39,509 nt of DNA, taken from assembly GCA_051453625.1 (NCBI GenBank), contig JBOZIK010000001.1, positions 6,655,949-6,695,457 on the forward strand, in the 5' to 3' direction. A model generated the notes under the pieces. It worked only from the letters and a program-made list of their open reading frames with translations. It did no database searches and was not told where the DNA came from. Position numbers and translations under genes: made by a program. Of this stretch, positions 35,791-39,509 are shown piece by piece. The stretch's first letter is position 1; every line of letters begins with the position of its first letter. Source of the DNA: Welwitschia mirabilis. Taxonomy: Eukaryota.

Positions 35791-37396
35791 GCAAGCCCAA
35801 GCGCTAAGCATGAGCTAAGCCCCTATGGTAGTAACTGAAACTATGACTATTATAGGATTTTAAGTGTCCTGGAGCACCCCATCCCTAGTCTCCAATCCTA
35901 AGACCACAACCTGAGTGGATACCATCTTGACCTTTAATTTGATATTAAATTTATGCTAGACAAGGTATCACAACTCATGAGGACTCTCCTAGTCACTCAT
36001 GAGTCACAAGTTTTCTAGATAGGGTAAGTTTCGAATCCCAGATCACATATGCATGCTATGTCATAGGAGTTTAACTTGCCTAAAGTGATTCCATTGCATC
36101 AAAGACAAGTCAAACATACATGACTCTTTATGTGTGATTACTCATTCCGAAAAAGAAATATTACTTCATTAGACTCTAAAGATATCAGTGTGCGCACTAC
36201 ACGTCGTACATGCTTAATAGGGTTGAAAGAATGAAAACTACAATCTTATTTCAATTTTATGACTTTAATGAGATTGACAATTCAAATACAATTTGAAAAC
36301 ACATTCTGGTTTGCAACAAAGTTGGATTTATTTTTATTTGCTTTCATTTTATGCATCTTTTTCAAGAAAGGAAAAGAAGATAAGGGTGATGAATGTTTTT
36401 CTTCCATCATGCATAGTTGTTTACTGTTGTTGTTGAATACATGAGATTTGGCACTTGTATGATTGTAATCAGTATCATGGCTATAGAGTTTTCTAGTTTT
36501 GATTTCTTATGTACATTTCATGACTGTGTCAACCCACCTGTATGCTTTTAAATATGTTCAAAATCATTGGATGTCATTTTATATTTCATGATTGCAATAT
36601 TCAATTTTTGTGTTCAAAATTTCAATGACATTTCAACTGCCAAACACCAAACTATGCAAACATCACATGGTCATCTCCGGCCGTTGGTCAGAAGCAGGTT
36701 ACTATGAGATCCCTTCTGTCTTTCCGATGATTGATTTACTCATGAGCATGTCCCATACATATGTGTCCCAAACTAAGTCAACAAGCACTACATGTCTTGG
36801 CTAGGATAATGGTGACTGGCCCCCTCCCTAACAATTGTAAGGATACCTATTGGGTATGCACCTTTAATAGTGCATGCATTATTCTCAATTAACCTTCAAA
36901 ACTTCTTATAATAAATAGACATTTATACACAAGAAGAGCTTGTTTTTATCAATGTAAAGCACAATACAAATTATGCCATTTGGTCATTATTAACTCACTC
37001 TGTTATAAGGCAGGGCACTTTACAATATACATACATTCATGTGTCATGAACTTTCAATGAAATTGTCCTACTGGCTGTCTACAATTTAATAGTCCTAAGG
37101 AGCCTGTTTTATGGAAGCCTTCATAGCTTTAACTCAAGCAATTAGAGACCAAGGTCAAAAATTGTTCTCTCCAATCAAATCATCTCCTGGTCTTGCACAT
37201 TCAAAATATTCGTGATGGTTAATTTTGTCGTTATGATACTAACTCGAGTAACTTCAAAACACGGGGGATCTAAATGGTCAGAACTGCATGAACTGTATTC
37301 TTAGAGAGCAATTTTAAGGTTTCAGTCAAATCTTTGTATTTGTATATTAATATGCTGTGGATATGCCTTGACAGTTATATTGTTCCTCTAAGTTCC

Positions 37397-37580
37397 CATG
37401 GTCATCTCAAAGGTCAATTATTGTCCCCCAAAATCCACCACCAAATCAAAAATCGTTAAAATTGCCCATCCCAGACTTGGCAGTTATTTTGTACCAATGA
37501 GTTATCATGGTCTTGTCAAAAGCAAAATTACAGCACAAAAAATCCACTTCTAAGTCAAAAGCTATCAAAATTGCTCATCA
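37397..37580. repeat. Diverged two-copy direct repeat (period about 109 bp)
   Basis: CATGGTC.T.TCAAA.G..AATTA...AAAATCCAC...AA.TCAAAA....T.AAAATTGC.CATC occurs twice. Confidence 0.65.
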
Positions 37581-38623
37581 TGGATGTGACTAGGTACCCC
37601 ACAGGCCCATATCTCTTTTCCACCTTTTGATTTCAAGTTTCAAAAAATGTGGAAAATGAAATGTCAAATTCAAATTTTAATTCCATTAATCAAATTACAA
37701 GAGTCAGTAGCATCTAAATTCAAATTTGGGATGGATTCAACTATAAAGATCTCATTCCTAATTAATTTTAGAGCAGCAGTGACATCTTTTGCATCATCAT
37801 CTCTTGGGCTCAAGCAAGTGGCCTTCAGACTATTGTCAAAAAACTGTCAACCAAGGGTTTTATAGAATATCTCGTCTGTTCCTAAGGTCTACTTGATCTT
37901 TGATTTCAGTCAACTGCCTCTGTAGAGTATGCATGATGAGATCCTTCTGCAATTGGTTCAAGCATTTTTGTAGAAATAAAGTAAAGTTTCCATTTAATAA
38001 GTGTTAATGTCGCTGGAAGTTTGCTTGTAATGATTTCAGTTTTTGTTTCCATTTGCCAGCGGAATCAATAATTTATTATTTAATGCATTGGATTCACTTC
38101 TTTCCCACTAGCCTTTGTCTTCCAACCTTCACACTTTTTGAACTTGCATGACCATCACCATTGTCTTTTGCCTTCAGTTCTTTTAATGTAGCGAATAACA
38201 TTTTTTTGTTGGGCCCACTGCCTTCACACCAAACACCATGACCATCGGGGAAACTGGAAACCAATAATAAACTCATAACTCAGGTTGGGCATGGGAAGTT
38301 CATACCTAACAATCTCTTTCTCAGTCCATATGCCAATTGCTCACATCAGCCAGGTAGGCACTAGGGAGATCTGAATTTGAGACCAATCCAAAAACCTACC
38401 TCTAGTGCTAATTATTGGGCACATTACCATTATACCCAAAGCCATGACCATGGTGGAAACCAGAATCCATAGATAAAACCCACCTATCAGGATGGGCATG
38501 GGGAGTGCATTCCCAACAAGTGTCACCCTGCTTCATGTACAAAATTTATATTTACCTATTAAACAATATTATAGGACCGTGAATTTAAAGGACACTAAAA
38601 TGTTTCAATGTTCACAAACCAAC

Positions 38624-38684
38624 AGAGACATATGACGTTTATCACACAATGTAGAAAGAGACATGTGACGTTTATCACACAATG
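38624..38684. repeat. Tandem duplication, 28 bp unit, period 33 bp
   Basis: AGAGACAT(A/G)TGACGTTTATCACACAATG occurs twice. Confidence 0.9.
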
Positions 38685-39012
38685 CTTCTGTGATACTATG
38701 TTTCTGAAGACATTATTAGTAACATCAACACTTTTTAGTTGTTTTTCATTTGTTAGAAGAAGAAGTTGATCTTTGGATGCCGCTAAAATGTTTGATTCAA
38801 ATGTGATTTTTCAGTTTTTGCCAGGCAAAAGCCAATTAGTCAGATTTACAATAATTTATGCTTTAATCATATGATTTTAGGATGCCATTATTCCACTTTG
38901 CACTGGTCAAAACTATAGCATTGCATCGTATTGTATGGTTCAAGAAGAAAATATTTCTAACTTAAAATTGCCATCGAAACAAAACATTGATATCTCTTTG
39001 GTTGAGAATCAG

Positions 39013-39135
39013 GACAAGGACTTAAGGCATCGCCGTTACAGAAAGCAGAATCGGATGCCAATGATCCTTCGTCGTCACGGGCTGGTCGTAGCACTGCCTA
39101 TGAGGTTACAAAGCTGGAAGATTATGAATTATCAG
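39013..39135 (+). CDS. Short symmetric exon (GQGLKASPLQKAESDANDPSSSRAGRSTAYEVTKLEDYELS)
   Basis: AATCAG| acceptor and CAG|GTGGGC donor, 123 nt, phase 1-1, GC-rich island, paralog of 34135-34248. Confidence 0.7.
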
Positions 39136-39509
39136 GTGGGCAGACTAAACTTGCTCATTGGCTCTGCTTGGATGATATTGCATATTGATTTTTCTTTAAT
39201 TTGGAATGCCAAATTAATTGCTTTCTGGTGTAACACAGATACTTAGATAAAAAGTTCTATGAGAAACAACATGCACATCTTTTGATGCTTAAATGAAGTT
39301 TCTGATTCATACTGCTTAGAACATGAATCAAAAAGGGGAAAAAACAGTAAAACACTAAAGGATGTGTTGGGGTAGTGGAATCACTCCCTCCTGCATGTAA
39401 TATGGGCCATTTATATAGTAACACTTGAACCAGTGACCATGTTTAATCTAGTTAATAATGTATTAAAGGTTTCAAAGCCCTTGTTCCTTGTATTTTTTCC
39501 TCTTTGGAG

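Noticed and set aside
38935-39246. The 103-aa ORF as annotated in the ORF track
   Set aside because: Similarity to exon 34135-34248 and the splice phases indicate a different reading frame for 39013-39135.

Overview
AT-rich plant nuclear scaffold with N gaps, about two thirds decayed and nested LTR retrotransposons; no prokaryotic-type system, CRISPR array or RNA gene is supported. Mobile elements: (i) several SIRE-like Ty1/copia fragments and LTRs in both orientations (1-4600, 7550-8200, 11061-14400, solo LTR 18028-19326); (ii) a decayed Tat-clade Ty3/gypsy element on the minus strand (about 14580-21900) with an extra RNase H between protease and RT and a tandem duplication of the YLDD core; (iii) a full-length but dead Tork/Tnt1-like copia element (26575-31924) with both LTRs, PBS, PPT and a near-perfect TSD. 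Host genes: (i) three minus-strand exons (5329-6804) encoding the C-terminal part of a probable SAWADEE domain, a disordered linker and an ASI1/IBM2-like RRM; (ii) a plus-strand gene with very long introns and phase-1 symmetric exons, two of which are duplicates. The Tat domain order and TE-filled introns suggest a gymnosperm-like host (inference). All family calls come from motif recognition by eye; no database was searched.
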